Part shown: positions 1-10,839 of the stretch, piece by piece
Numbering within the stretch: position 1 is the stretch's first letter
Layout: every line of letters begins with the position of its first letter
Assembly: GCA_963845065.1 (NCBI GenBank)
Contig: CAWJQQ010000009.1
Span: 32,001-96,000, forward strand
Direction of reading: 5' to 3'
Length of the DNA: 64,000 nt
Source of the DNA: Nitrospirota bacterium
Lineage (GTDB): Bacteria; Nitrospirota; UBA9217
Position numbers and translations under genes: made by a program
The notes under the pieces: generated by a model
What the model saw: the letters and a program-made list of their open reading frames with translations, nothing else
Told to the model about the DNA's origin: nothing
Database searches by the model: none

Positions 1-1338
1 GAGTACCAAGCTATGCCGTGTAATACTCATATAACAGTATTATCAAACGTTCCTAAAGAATTGGGACCAAATGTTGAAGTCGCTGTGGGACTTCCAACAA
101 AAGATCCATGGTCGCTTCCTTTTGGACATAAAAAAATATTTTCTGAGAGGATCGAAGACTATGATCTTTTTATCTATAGCGAAGATGATGTTTTGGTGAC
201 TTGGAAAAATATTGAAACTTTTCTCCATCTCACAAAGATGCTGCCCAAAAATGACATATGCGGTTTTCTTAGATATGAATTGGATTTAAACGACAAAAAG
301 TTTTATCCGGATTTTGTCGGTCCTTATCATTGGCTGCCAAAGTCAGTGAAGAAGATAGAACAATTCACTTTTGCAGAGTTCTCGAATGCCCATTCGGCTT
401 GTTATGTTTTAACTCGTGAACAATTGCGAACAGCTTTGAGCTCTGGGGGATATCTTGTCGAACCTCATCAAGGTCGGTACGATTTACTCTGTTCAGCTGC
501 AACGGATCCGTATATCCAGTGTGGATTCAATAAGATGATTTGCATTTCCCATATATCAGACCTACTAGTCCATCACTTACCTAATAAATATGTAGGAAAG
601 CTTGGAATTAATGAAAATGATTTCGATAAGCAAATTACTTTTATGCTTTCTTCAGATTATGCCTGTAACGTTGGCCAAGAGCTTTTTATTACAACTAAAA
701 ACATCAACACTATAATTTGGGATAAGGCCTATTTTGATGGCCCTGACAAGGATTTAATATCTTTGGTGTCTCAAGATGCAAAAAGAATTCTAACTGTTGG
801 GTGCGGTAATGCGGTTACTGAAGGCATTTTAATTAGAAATGGTTATAAAGTCACGTCTATCCCTCTTGACCCTATCGTAGGAGCACTTGCGGCATCTAAG
901 GGAGTAGCCGTAATGGAAGCTAATTTTGATCAGGCATTTCAAGCTTTATATGGAACTTCATTTGATTGCATTGTCTTTTCAGATGTATTGCAGCATTTAA
1001 AAGATCCAGTCGATATATTATCAAAAACTATCAGGTTGTTGGCGGATGATGGTGAGTTGTTGATAAGTATTCCAAACTTTAAATATATAAAGTTCTTAAA
1101 GGATCATTATCCCATTTTCAAAAAATGGACTTATTCCAAACATCTTCTGCAAACAGTTGATAAAAAAGATCTCACGGAATGGTTTAAATTAACTGGTTTT
1201 ACATGTATTTTTTCCCAATACGTTGTAGAGAGTCATTTTTTCAAGAAATTAAGTATGCCTTTAGGAATTTTTAAAGTTTTGTTTGCCAGTAGGCAGATAG
1301 TGAGAGGGAGAAAAAGAGATCGTATTAGTCAAAGTTAG
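1..1338 (+). CDS. 5'-truncated EPS-cluster protein: glycosyltransferase-like N-terminus plus C-terminal class I SAM-dependent methyltransferase domain
   Basis: Frame is open to base 1 (GAG TAC CAA GCT ATG). YSEDD acidic motif; C-terminal ILTVGCG ... FDCIVFSDVLQHL methyltransferase motifs. Confidence 0.65.
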   Translation, partial: EYQAMPCNTHITVLSNVPKELGPNVEVAVGLPTKDPWSLPFGHKKIFSERIEDYDLFIYSEDDVLVTWKNIETFLHLTKMLPKNDICGFLRYELDLNDKKFYPDFVGPYHWLPKSVKKIEQFTFAEFSNAHSACYVLTREQLRTALSSGGYLVEPHQGRYDLLCSAATDPYIQCGFNKMICISHISDLLVHHLPNKYVGKLGINENDFDKQITFMLSSDYACNVGQELFITTKNINTIIWDKAYFDGPDKDLISLVSQDAKRILTVGCGNAVTEGILIRNGYKVTSIPLDPIVGALAASKGVAVMEANFDQAFQALYGTSFDCIVFSDVLQHLKDPVDILSKTIRLLADDGELLISIPNFKYIKFLKDHYPIFKKWTYSKHLLQTVDKKDLTEWFKLTGFTCIFSQYVVESHFFKKLSMPLGIFKVLFASRQIVRGRKRDRISQS

Positions 1339-1432
1339 CATTAGTTTGTCTCACTTAATGGGGATTCCGCGGGTGTCGATAATTAGACACTTTCCTTTAT
1401 GAAGGCACGGAGTGTAAGGCGGAGTTAGTCAT

Positions 1433-2395
1433 ATGGTAAGAAACAAGCAAGTTAGTGTGATTATCCCGACATTTAACCGCCGGGATTTTATTGTTGACGC
1501 GGTGAAAAGCGTTCTCATGCAGGATGTCAAGGATATGGAAATCATTGTAGTCGATGATGGCTCTGTAGACGACACACGAGATGCTCTAATCCCATATAGG
1601 AAGACCATCCGATATATTTATCAAAATAACCAGGGTGTGAGCGTTGCACGAAATCGAGGTATTCAAGAAAGTCGTGGTGAACTTCTTGCGTTTCTTGATA
1701 GCGATGATCTTTGGTCTCATGGTAAACTGAAGGCCCAGATGGATAGGGTTCTAACTGAAGATGTTTTAAGTTTTGAAGGTGTAGAATGGTTTGTTGACCA
1801 GGAAGAGGATAGCGCATTTCTCAAAGAGTCCATGAACGTAAAATTGCCACATTGTGATCAAGCCGGTTATATCATTGATCCTATCCTAGATGTATCTGAA
1901 GGGCGTTACCTACATCTGGGAACACTGCTCTGTCGGAAGACCACGTTTCTGAACGTAGGTCTATTTGATAAAAGCTTGTCCATGGGAGAAGATGAAGATT
2001 GGTTTAGCCAGGCTTCACTTATAACTCCATTTCATTATATCCCCGAACCATTGCTGAAAAGACGCTTACACGTCAATCAAACCCAACCTGACCGTGAAGA
2101 ATCTATTCGCAGTTTGATCAAGGTTTTTAGCGGTATTAAAGCAAGATGCAGAAATAAACATCCGAGAGCTTCCATCGCTGTAAATCAGAGATTAGCAGCT
2201 AAATGGTCGCATTTAGCGAATTATTTAGCACATAATGGACGACGCATGGAAGCAAGTAGAGCCGCTTGGACAGCTTTTACCCTGGACCCATTTTACATAC
2301 AACGGCTGATGAAAGCTGGCTTAATTCTGGCCGGTTGGCGGATGGGCGCGAAGGCCTTTTCGCGTTACGATGAACTAAGCAATAAAAAATGGTAA
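1433..2395 (+). CDS. Glycosyltransferase family 2
   Basis: VSVIIPTFNR, VVDDGS, ARNRG, FLDSDD motifs. Confidence 0.92.
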   Translation: MVRNKQVSVIIPTFNRRDFIVDAVKSVLMQDVKDMEIIVVDDGSVDDTRDALIPYRKTIRYIYQNNQGVSVARNRGIQESRGELLAFLDSDDLWSHGKLKAQMDRVLTEDVLSFEGVEWFVDQEEDSAFLKESMNVKLPHCDQAGYIIDPILDVSEGRYLHLGTLLCRKTTFLNVGLFDKSLSMGEDEDWFSQASLITPFHYIPEPLLKRRLHVNQTQPDREESIRSLIKVFSGIKARCRNKHPRASIAVNQRLAAKWSHLANYLAHNGRRMEASRAAWTAFTLDPFYIQRLMKAGLILAGWRMGAKAFSRYDELSNKKW

Positions 2396-2496
2396 GTCAT
2401 ACGCTGCAGACGATGAAGCCCCTACTTTCTTAGAAAATCCTTATCCTCGGTCCCTGATTACAAGATAGACATTGACAACGAATAAATAGAGAATAA

Positions 2497-3954
2497 ATGG
2501 ATAACATAAAAAACAAAACTATCTCTAGCATTGGCTACAATGCCATGTTTAGATTTATATCCATGCTTTGCCAGTTTCTTGCAAGCATCGTGCTTTCCCG
2601 CAGGCTTTCACCAACCGACTATGGCATCATTGGATTCTCATTAATCTTCATACAATTACTTTCTCAATTCGAAGATCTAGGAATAAATAGTGCAGTTATT
2701 CAGAAAGAACAGCTTGATGAAAAATCAGTGCAAACCGCTTTTACTATTAAGGCCGTGATTGGATTATTTCTTTGTGTAGTAGCATTTATAATTGCACCCT
2801 TAGCACACGTTTTTTTTGAAAACCCGGATGTTATCAACGTTATCCGGATGCTTTCGCTAAATTTCGTAATTAACATCTTTATTTTCCTTCCCAATTCCTT
2901 ATTAAGGCGAGAATTAAATTATAAAAAAATGTCTTTAGCCAAAGTATTGTCCAGTATCTTAAATTCAGTACTATCCATAATTCTCGCTATAATGGGTTTA
3001 AAATACTGGAGCATAGCCCTTGCTAATTTAATTTCCATGGTGATACTGGCACTTGCGATGAATATATTGAAACCTATAAGAATTGAAATAGGTTTTGACA
3101 AAAAAATAGCAGTGGAATTTATTCACTATGGCTGGAAAATATTTGCTAGCGGAATAATCATTTTTGTACTTTTTAATGCTGATAATTTTATTGTAGGTTC
3201 TGTAAGAGGATCGATTTTACTTGGTTATTATGTGATTGCATTTAACTGGGGGTCTATGTCATCCAGCTTGATGTACAGCATAATACACGATGTTCTTTTC
3301 CCTACTTTTACCAATTTAAAGCATGACACAGAAAAAATGAAGACAGCATATTTGAAGACCCTGGAATATATAAGTCTCATCGGAGTTCTCTTAAATATAA
3401 CGCTATTTATAATTGCAAAAGATTTTCTGGTCTATGTTCTTGGTCATGGGTCTGATAAATGGATGCCGGCGCTTACAGCACTGAAGATTCTGTGTATTTA
3501 CGGTATCTTCAGAAGTCTTCTTGAGCCTGTTGGAAATGTTATTATGGCTATCGGGAAAACAGAAGTTCTTTTAAAATCAAACATGATTGCTGCGCTATTG
3601 CAAGTTGTATTTATCTATCCGGCGATTAAGTATTTCAGTATTGAAGGCGTTGCCGTTGTTGTTACCATTGCTTATTGTTCGCAGTATTTTGTATATCTTC
3701 CCTTTTTAAAAAGAGAATTAAACATTTCCATGAATGAATTAGTGTCGGTATTAAAGCCATCAATTATATCCATAGCAGCCCTATTGCCCATTTATATTGT
3801 TAGTGAATACGGCTTTCTCAGCAGCACATCAATTTTAATAGTAGCTGAAAAGCTCATAGGTTGTTCGCTAAGTTATCTAGTTCTATTTGGATTCTTGACA
3901 AAATGGAAATTATTAAGAGAAGCGAAAACTGTTATAGAAAAAAGAATAGTTTGA
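2497..3954 (+). CDS. Wzx-type polysaccharide flippase
   Basis: 485 aa with many hydrophobic segments; LSRRLSPTDYG, DLGINSAVIQ, DNFIVG, VLFPTF motifs of WzxC-like exporters. Confidence 0.9.
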   Translation: MDNIKNKTISSIGYNAMFRFISMLCQFLASIVLSRRLSPTDYGIIGFSLIFIQLLSQFEDLGINSAVIQKEQLDEKSVQTAFTIKAVIGLFLCVVAFIIAPLAHVFFENPDVINVIRMLSLNFVINIFIFLPNSLLRRELNYKKMSLAKVLSSILNSVLSIILAIMGLKYWSIALANLISMVILALAMNILKPIRIEIGFDKKIAVEFIHYGWKIFASGIIIFVLFNADNFIVGSVRGSILLGYYVIAFNWGSMSSSLMYSIIHDVLFPTFTNLKHDTEKMKTAYLKTLEYISLIGVLLNITLFIIAKDFLVYVLGHGSDKWMPALTALKILCIYGIFRSLLEPVGNVIMAIGKTEVLLKSNMIAALLQVVFIYPAIKYFSIEGVAVVVTIAYCSQYFVYLPFLKRELNISMNELVSVLKPSIISIAALLPIYIVSEYGFLSSTSILIVAEKLIGCSLSYLVLFGFLTKWKLLREAKTVIEKRIV

Positions 3955-4036
3955 CGCAAATAAAACAAAGAAGTCATTTTCCAGTGTAGGCTAAGCAAGA
4001 AAAAAGTTAACAATAGAGAAATAAGACTGGATTAAC

Positions 4037-5086
4037 ATGGATTTCAACTTACCGCTAGTGCACATAATAATTCTCAATTGGAATGGGCTAAAGGACACGA
4101 TTGAATGTTTGGAATCTGTTTATAAACTTGACTATTCTAATTTTAAAGTCGTTGTGGTTGACAACGGTTCTTCAGATAACTCAGCTGACGTAATTTATAA
4201 GAATTACCCAAAAATAAAATTAATCATAAATGATAAAAATTACGGATTCACAGGCGGTAATAATATTGGTATGAAATATGCGATTGATGAAAATACCGAT
4301 TATCTATGGCTTTTAAATAATGATACGCTTATAGAAAAAGATTGCTTATACAAAATTGTTAAGGTGGCCGAGAGTTCTAACACTATTGGCATGGTGAGCC
4401 CTATGATTTACTACGCAGAGACGCCAGATAAATTGCAATTTGGTGGATGTTGGATAAATAGGAAACAACTTCGCCATTTTTATCCGCAATCTTCTGTTGA
4501 CATTGGCAGTGAATTTCAAACAGGAAACGACGTATGTCTATGGGGGACGGCATTACTCATTAAAAGAGGCGTGGTTGAAAAAATTGGTTACTTGCAAGAA
4601 AAATATTTTGCGTATTTTGAAGATATAGAATACTCTTTAAGAGTATTAGATAATAACCTTCATAATGTCATTTGCAATAATGCCAGAATATTGCATAAAC
4701 ATCAGCAGCCTGATATAGCTGCTGGTGGAAGAGGAAAACACTATTATTATTTTATGAACAGGAACCAGATATTATTGGGGCAGGAATATCTTAAGGGATT
4801 TGTTGCTCGATTGAGATACAAAATAAGAATATTGGGAGTGGTCTCTGCTTACATTGATAAATGTAATCAAGAGTACGCTGATGCGTGTCTAGATGGAGTG
4901 TGGCACGGACTCATAAACATAAGCGGAGAAATGACCTCTGATCATAGAATGCCAAAAATGATGAAAAAAATCATGTGCTTTTTCTCAAAGTATCATCCAA
5001 GGTTTATTGCCGACGTTATTACATTGGATTTTAAAGAAGTTTATCGAAAAATTTTAAAAAAAATCAAACTATTAAAATCTAAATAG
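4037..5086 (+). CDS. Glycosyltransferase family 2
   Basis: IIILNWNG, VVVDNGS, NYGFTGGNN, WLLNND, YFEDIEY. Confidence 0.92.
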   Translation: MDFNLPLVHIIILNWNGLKDTIECLESVYKLDYSNFKVVVVDNGSSDNSADVIYKNYPKIKLIINDKNYGFTGGNNIGMKYAIDENTDYLWLLNNDTLIEKDCLYKIVKVAESSNTIGMVSPMIYYAETPDKLQFGGCWINRKQLRHFYPQSSVDIGSEFQTGNDVCLWGTALLIKRGVVEKIGYLQEKYFAYFEDIEYSLRVLDNNLHNVICNNARILHKHQQPDIAAGGRGKHYYYFMNRNQILLGQEYLKGFVARLRYKIRILGVVSAYIDKCNQEYADACLDGVWHGLINISGEMTSDHRMPKMMKKIMCFFSKYHPRFIADVITLDFKEVYRKILKKIKLLKSK

Positions 5087-5108
5087 CAACGTTAGGCGAA
5101 ACTTAATT

Positions 5109-6062
5109 ATGCATACATCAGAAAAAATATTTTATATTATTAAGTACTCGTTAATTATATTTGCAGCCGCCATAATTTTTGTAAAAGTATACTATTCTTC
5201 AAAAAAGAAAAGACCCGGCATTTTTCTGAAAATATCAATGGTTTTCAGTGCCTTGGGGTTGTTAGATCTGTTGGACATGTATTTGATAGAGCCGAACTGG
5301 ATCAAGGTCGATAGGGTAGTCATTAATGACTCGGATCTTGCACCAATTATGAAGGGAACGAAGGTTGTCCAGATATCTGATATTCATCTCAGGGAGACCG
5401 GATTCAGAGAAAGACAGCTAATAGAAAAGGTCAATGATCTTAAGCCGGATATTCTCTTCTTCACTGGCGATCTCTTCAGCAGTTTAAAGGACAGAGATGC
5501 CGATGACCAGTATAGGGCGATATACGATCTTATAAAAAGTTTCAAAGTGTCTATCGCCATTTTTGGGGTTCTTGGGAACTATGATGACTATTTATTGCAT
5601 TATCCGGAACGATTGATAGAATTAAGGAGTGCAGGTATTGATATTCTTCATGAAGAAAATAGAAAGATCCTTCTCCCAAATAACGAAACATTCTGGCTGG
5701 CTGGTTCTTATTTTGATTTATACCGTGATAATACGAGTTCATTAGTAAAGGCCCTTGAGGCGGTCCCACCCAAGGCCCCGATTATTTTGTTAAACCATTA
5801 TCCCGATGTTTTTGAAATAGCGGCCAATGCGGGAATAAATCTTGTTCTCGTGGGGCATACACACGGAGGACAGATAGGGATCCCTTTCCTTATACATCTC
5901 TCAAATTATGCCTATAAATCCAATTACATGAGCGGACTATTCAGCTTGGGAAAGACAAAGATGTACGTTAATCGGGGTATCGGAACGACAAATTTTCCTG
6001 TTCGCTTCCTTTGCCGGCCGGAAATCACGGTCTTTGATTTTCAAGCAGAACCTGTATCGTGA
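5109..6062 (+). CDS. Membrane-anchored metallophosphoesterase
   Basis: Two N-terminal TM segments; SDIH, TGD, GNYD, GHTHGGQ, VNRGIG motifs. Confidence 0.88.
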   Translation: MHTSEKIFYIIKYSLIIFAAAIIFVKVYYSSKKKRPGIFLKISMVFSALGLLDLLDMYLIEPNWIKVDRVVINDSDLAPIMKGTKVVQISDIHLRETGFRERQLIEKVNDLKPDILFFTGDLFSSLKDRDADDQYRAIYDLIKSFKVSIAIFGVLGNYDDYLLHYPERLIELRSAGIDILHEENRKILLPNNETFWLAGSYFDLYRDNTSSLVKALEAVPPKAPIILLNHYPDVFEIAANAGINLVLVGHTHGGQIGIPFLIHLSNYAYKSNYMSGLFSLGKTKMYVNRGIGTTNFPVRFLCRPEITVFDFQAEPVS

Positions 6063-6140
6063 TATGCGGGAGATACGGATACCCTGGCAGAACATAATTT
6101 AAGACTCGTTATAAGTTTGTTAATTCCCAACCTGCAAATT

Positions 6141-7061
6141 ATGGAAAATTTAAAATCGATACAGTGGAGACTGAACAGGGGCTGGCTATTCCTGGCATTC
6201 AACATCGCGTTCGTGCTGGCATTCTTCGGCCCACTTTGGGACCTTGTGCTGACTTCCTATCGCAGTGATACGATTTCCTATATTCCCTTCATCCCAATCA
6301 TCAGCGCGTATCTCATTTATTTAGACAGACAAAAGATTTTTTCGCATACGAGAACGTTTTCTGCAGCCGGGTTTATCCCCATAAGCATCGGCATTGCGAT
6401 TATATTTTTCATGAGTAAACTTACAGCGTCACTCGATCATAATGACTATCTTTCGCTTATAGCGTTGTCCATGGTACTGATCTGGATCGGTGGCTTCACG
6501 CTCTGTTACGGAACACCATCGTTACGAGCCGCGATATTTCCTCTGCTGTTTCTGTTCTTTATGGTTCCGATCCCGACTATCGCATTGGATAAGATCGTCT
6601 CAGTTCTCCAAACCGGTTCTACTATTGCTGCCGATGGATACTTTAAAGCATTTGGCCTCCACATAGTGAGGGATGGATTCGTATTTCATTTTCCAGCACT
6701 CGATATCGTTGTAGCACCGGAATGTAGTGGGATAAGGTCAGCTCTCTCTCTAGTGATTACGATCTTATTGGCGGGTCATTTTTTTCTCCGGACAGGATGG
6801 TCAAAGTTAATCTTGTTGTTATTGATTTTGCCCATCACGATCCTGAAGAACGGGCTCCGGATCGCCGTCTTATCCATTCTTGGCGTTTACGTGGATAAAA
6901 GGATCCTGGGAAGTGAACTGCACAGGGATGGTGGCATTCTCTTTTTTATTTTTGGCCTTCTCCTCTTCTGGGCGGTCATCGTGCTTCTAAGAAAAGCTGA
7001 AGGGAGTTCTCGAAATAAAAACGAGTCGAAGATATTGCCAGAAAAAGCAGATAAGTCTTAA
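6141..7061 (+). CDS. Exosortase (EpsH-like), no EpsI fusion
   Basis: Polytopic membrane protein with VAPECSGIRS (Cys), KNGLR (Arg), LHRDGG (His). ATG 6141 preferred over TTG 6117. Confidence 0.9.
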   Translation: MENLKSIQWRLNRGWLFLAFNIAFVLAFFGPLWDLVLTSYRSDTISYIPFIPIISAYLIYLDRQKIFSHTRTFSAAGFIPISIGIAIIFFMSKLTASLDHNDYLSLIALSMVLIWIGGFTLCYGTPSLRAAIFPLLFLFFMVPIPTIALDKIVSVLQTGSTIAADGYFKAFGLHIVRDGFVFHFPALDIVVAPECSGIRSALSLVITILLAGHFFLRTGWSKLILLLLILPITILKNGLRIAVLSILGVYVDKRILGSELHRDGGILFFIFGLLLFWAVIVLLRKAEGSSRNKNESKILPEKADKS

Positions 7062-7128
7062 GACAAAATTACTGAGCGTACAATTATTTTCAATCTGTGT
7101 GAATATACAAAATTAGCGTTCCGCATGC

Positions 7129-8448
7129 ATGGAGGCCCCTATGAATCTACTGGAAAAAATAAATAATCGCAGCGCAACGATCGGCGTCATCGGCCTCGGC
7201 TACGTGGGACTTCCCCTGGCCATCCAATTCGTGAAGTCGGGGTTTAAGACCATCGGGTTTGATGTCGACAAGGCCAAGGTAAGTGACCTGAAGGAGGGAA
7301 AGACATATATCAGACACATTCCCATTGAACAGGTGCGGATCCTGAAGAACAGTCACGGGTTCAAGCCCACGACGAATTATGTGCACCTGAAGGATACGGA
7401 CTGTGTTATCATCTGCGTTCCTACGCCGCTCGGTCAGCATCGTGAGCCGGACCTTTCTTACGTACTAAATACAACAAGAGAGGTCGCAGAGTACCTTCAT
7501 AAGGACCAGCTCATCGTTCTTGAGTCCACGACCTACCCGGGTACCACAGACGGGGAGATGCGCGAGATCCTGGAGGCGACAGGCATGGTTGCCGGCAAGG
7601 ACTTCTATCTTGCCTTTTCACCGGAGCGCGAGGACCCTAACAATCAGAATTTTTCAACCTCAACGATACCAAAGGTAGTGGGCGGATATACTGAAAACTG
7701 CCTTAAGGCTGCCGATGCCCTCTACAGGACAATTGTGACGAAGACCGTGCCGGTTTCTTCCACCAGGGTTGCGGAGGCGTCCAAGCTCCTAGAGAATATA
7801 TACCGGGCAGTCAATATCGCAATGGTGAATGAGCTTAAGCTCCTCTTCGACAGGATGGGCATTGATGTGTACGAGGTAATCGAAGCGGCCAAGACGAAAC
7901 CATTCGGATTTCAGGCCTTTTACCCTGGTCCAGGTCTGGGCGGGCATTGCATCCCCATCGACCCTTTTTATCTCACCTGGAAGGCGCGGGAATATGATTT
8001 TCACACGAGGTTTATCGAGCTGGCTGGAGAGATAAATACCTCCATGCCCTATTACGTCGTAGACAAGGTGATCAGCGCACTGCAGACGAAGAAAAAGACC
8101 TTGCCCGCGTCGAAAATCCTCATCCTCGGTCTCGCCTATAAGAAAGACATCGACGACACGCGTGAATCTCCATCCCTGAAGATCATCGATCTTTTAGAAG
8201 AGAAGGGTGCCCAGGTCGATTTCAACGATCCCTACATTCCGCGTACGAAAAAGACGCGAAAATATGACCTGAAGAAAGACTCGGTGCCGCTCACAGAAAA
8301 GACTCTTGGGAGCTACGATTGCGTTGTGGTGGCCACTGATCATTCCTGTTATGATTATGAATTCATTCTCAAGCACGCTTCGCTGGTCGTGGATACGCGC
8401 AATGCTGCTAATGGACACAAGAATAATGGTAATTTAGTGAAGGCGTGA
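7129..8448 (+). CDS. Nucleotide-sugar dehydrogenase (UDP-GlcNAc/ManNAc 6-dehydrogenase family)
   Basis: GLGYVG, CVPTP, ESTTYPG, SPER, GGHCIPID, GLAYK. Confidence 0.95.
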   Translation: MEAPMNLLEKINNRSATIGVIGLGYVGLPLAIQFVKSGFKTIGFDVDKAKVSDLKEGKTYIRHIPIEQVRILKNSHGFKPTTNYVHLKDTDCVIICVPTPLGQHREPDLSYVLNTTREVAEYLHKDQLIVLESTTYPGTTDGEMREILEATGMVAGKDFYLAFSPEREDPNNQNFSTSTIPKVVGGYTENCLKAADALYRTIVTKTVPVSSTRVAEASKLLENIYRAVNIAMVNELKLLFDRMGIDVYEVIEAAKTKPFGFQAFYPGPGLGGHCIPIDPFYLTWKAREYDFHTRFIELAGEINTSMPYYVVDKVISALQTKKKTLPASKILILGLAYKKDIDDTRESPSLKIIDLLEEKGAQVDFNDPYIPRTKKTRKYDLKKDSVPLTEKTLGSYDCVVVATDHSCYDYEFILKHASLVVDTRNAANGHKNNGNLVKA

Positions 8449-8552
8449 AAGGGCGTTTAATAAGCCAGTGAGGCGTTTGATAAAAATAAGCAGGAAGTAA
8501 TTAAAAAAGAATTCGGTGCCGATCACTGGGATAACACTTAAAAGCTATTGGC

Positions 8553-8680
8553 TGCGCGGTTTCCCCACTAATCATTCCTGCTGTGATTATGAATTGATCC
8601 TCACGCACGAATCTTTGGTTGTGGACACAGGAACGCGACAAAGGAAATCAGGAGCAAAAGCAAATTAATGCGAAGGCATA
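8553..8680 (+). repeat. Degenerate copy of the dehydrogenase 3' end (another copy at 17361-17446)
   Basis: atcattcctgctgtgattatgaattgatcctcacgcacg aligns to 8339-8377. Confidence 0.75.
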
Positions 8681-8683
8681 AAT

Positions 8684-10762
8684 ATGGTTGAGACGTTTCT
8701 TGCGGGAACAGCGGTGGTGTTCTTGATGGCATTGGGCATCTTCGCCATTGCAAGAGGGCGAACCGCGTCTAATTCTGCCTTGTTGTGCACCGTCCTACTG
8801 CTCGCGGGAATAGAAGTTTTTGATCAATTGTCATTAGGGCATTCCTCCGATGTTGCCGCGTTTAGACGAATTTCGCTGTTCCTGGAAACGCTCCTTCCCA
8901 GTGCCTTTCTGCTCCTGAGCCTCCTTTTTGGCCGGGAGAAGCCCTTCAGTACGCAGTCGAGAATATGGCTTGGACTCACGGCTGTAATCGCTTTCTATCC
9001 GCCTGCCATGCTGATCCTTGGAGGAGGCGACCTATTTTATGCGGGCGTTGTGAACGAACGAGTACTGTTTCTGGGGTACGCGGGCTACTGGTATTACTTT
9101 GTGATCATGGTATCATTTATATTTTCCCTCTCGAACGTTGAAGCAACACTTTTGGAAACCCACGGAAAGGCCCTGAACCGGATGAAGTTCGAGGCCTTCG
9201 GGATTATGAGCCTGCTTGCGGTCCTGATTTTTTTCTACAGCCAGGGGTTGTTGTACCACACCATCAACCTAAACTTGATTCCCATACGATCGAGTGTCTT
9301 TATCTTCGCTGCGATCCTTATCGGATATTCCCAAATTTTCCGCGGGAACGGCAGCCGTGTCAGGGTTTCGCGGCATGTTTTTTATCGATCCCTCACACTG
9401 CTGGTTGTGGGCATATACTTGATCCTCCTTGGGCTCATTAGCGAAGGCATGCGCTATTTCGACGTCGCTATTGGCAGGCAGTTGACCATTGTTATCATCT
9501 TCGTGTCAGGCGTCGTTTTGCTTGCCGTACTTTTCTCCGAACGAGTGCGGAGAAGAGTGGTTGTTTATGTTCACAAGCATTTTTTCGGCAACAAGCACGA
9601 CTACCGGGAGGAATGGATCAAGCTCACCGGCCGGCTATCTTCTTGCGAAACGCTCGCTGATGTTCAGGAGTCCATACTGACGGTCTATAGGGAGACGTTT
9701 GGTCTGAACGGTGCATCTCTGTATCTTCAGAGAGGGGATGAAACACGCTATATCCGGGTCTCGGGCCAGGATATGCCGGAAGGCCAGGGAGAGCTCTCTG
9801 TATCCATGCAGCTGCGTGATTATCTCGTTAATCGCGGAAGGGTACTGAACCTCACGGACGGAGAATACCAGCTGACAGAGTCTGAAAAGTCGATGTTCAG
9901 CAAGGCTGGAGCGTGGCTGGTAGTACCGCTTGTCAGTAATGGGAAAATTAAGGGGCTTGCCGTTTTGCGGGAGCAACTCATCTCGAAAAAGCTTAACTAT
10001 GACGATTTTGACCTGATGAAAGTTATAGCGCGACAGGCAGCCCAGGCGGTAACGAACCTCATGTTATCGGAAGAGCTCATGGAAATGCGGGAAATGGCCG
10101 CTGTGGCAAGGATATCATCCTTTGTCATTCACGATCTTAAAAATCTGGCGAGCGGTCTTTCCATGGTCGTGGACAATGCGGAAGAACATATTGGAAACCC
10201 CGATTTCCAGCAGGATGCCATCACGACCATAAAAAATACGCTCATAAAAATGAAAAGCCTCATGCAGCGGCTTAAAGTTATTCCTGAGCAAAACGCCCGC
10301 AAAACCAGAATGACAGACATTGACCGTTTGTCGCAGGAGACCGTTGCCGAGTTGACGAAGATACGGTCGGACAGGCGTATCGAGTATCACGGCGCACCTG
10401 TTTTCTCCTATGTGGATGGAGAAGAGATTAAAAAAGTCATCGTAAATCTTGTCCAGAACAGTCTGGAGGCGGTCGAAGAGCAGCGGCCAGTAACGGTGGC
10501 AACCTATGCGGAGAACGGCAATGCCTGCATTCGCGTGTCCGATGGCGGTTGCGGAATGTCAGACGACTTTGTAAAGAACCAGCTGTTTAAACCTTTTAGG
10601 ACAACGAAGGAAAAAGGTTTGGGAATCGGCCTCTATCAGAGCAAGCAGATCATCGAAGCTCACGCTGGCAGAATTGAAGTGCAAAGCGAGGTTGGAAAAG
10701 GGTCCGTCTTTACGATTCGCCTTCCCGCCGTGAAAGAGAACAATCGCACCGATAAAAAGTGA
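8684..10762 (+). CDS. prsK: PEP-CTERM system histidine kinase PrsK
   Basis: N-terminal TM region, KHFFGNKHDYREEW, GAF-like domain, SFVIHDLKN H-box, GLGIGLYQ; next to an exosortase. Confidence 0.92.
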   Translation: MVETFLAGTAVVFLMALGIFAIARGRTASNSALLCTVLLLAGIEVFDQLSLGHSSDVAAFRRISLFLETLLPSAFLLLSLLFGREKPFSTQSRIWLGLTAVIAFYPPAMLILGGGDLFYAGVVNERVLFLGYAGYWYYFVIMVSFIFSLSNVEATLLETHGKALNRMKFEAFGIMSLLAVLIFFYSQGLLYHTINLNLIPIRSSVFIFAAILIGYSQIFRGNGSRVRVSRHVFYRSLTLLVVGIYLILLGLISEGMRYFDVAIGRQLTIVIIFVSGVVLLAVLFSERVRRRVVVYVHKHFFGNKHDYREEWIKLTGRLSSCETLADVQESILTVYRETFGLNGASLYLQRGDETRYIRVSGQDMPEGQGELSVSMQLRDYLVNRGRVLNLTDGEYQLTESEKSMFSKAGAWLVVPLVSNGKIKGLAVLREQLISKKLNYDDFDLMKVIARQAAQAVTNLMLSEELMEMREMAAVARISSFVIHDLKNLASGLSMVVDNAEEHIGNPDFQQDAITTIKNTLIKMKSLMQRLKVIPEQNARKTRMTDIDRLSQETVAELTKIRSDRRIEYHGAPVFSYVDGEEIKKVIVNLVQNSLEAVEEQRPVTVATYAENGNACIRVSDGGCGMSDDFVKNQLFKPFRTTKEKGLGIGLYQSKQIIEAHAGRIEVQSEVGKGSVFTIRLPAVKENNRTDKK

Positions 10763-10839
10763 ACGTCTCGCCGCAGCGCATTTGCTGTGACCTTTCGGCT
10801 TCTATTTGCCAATTTGCAGATTCAGCTTATAAAAATTAA

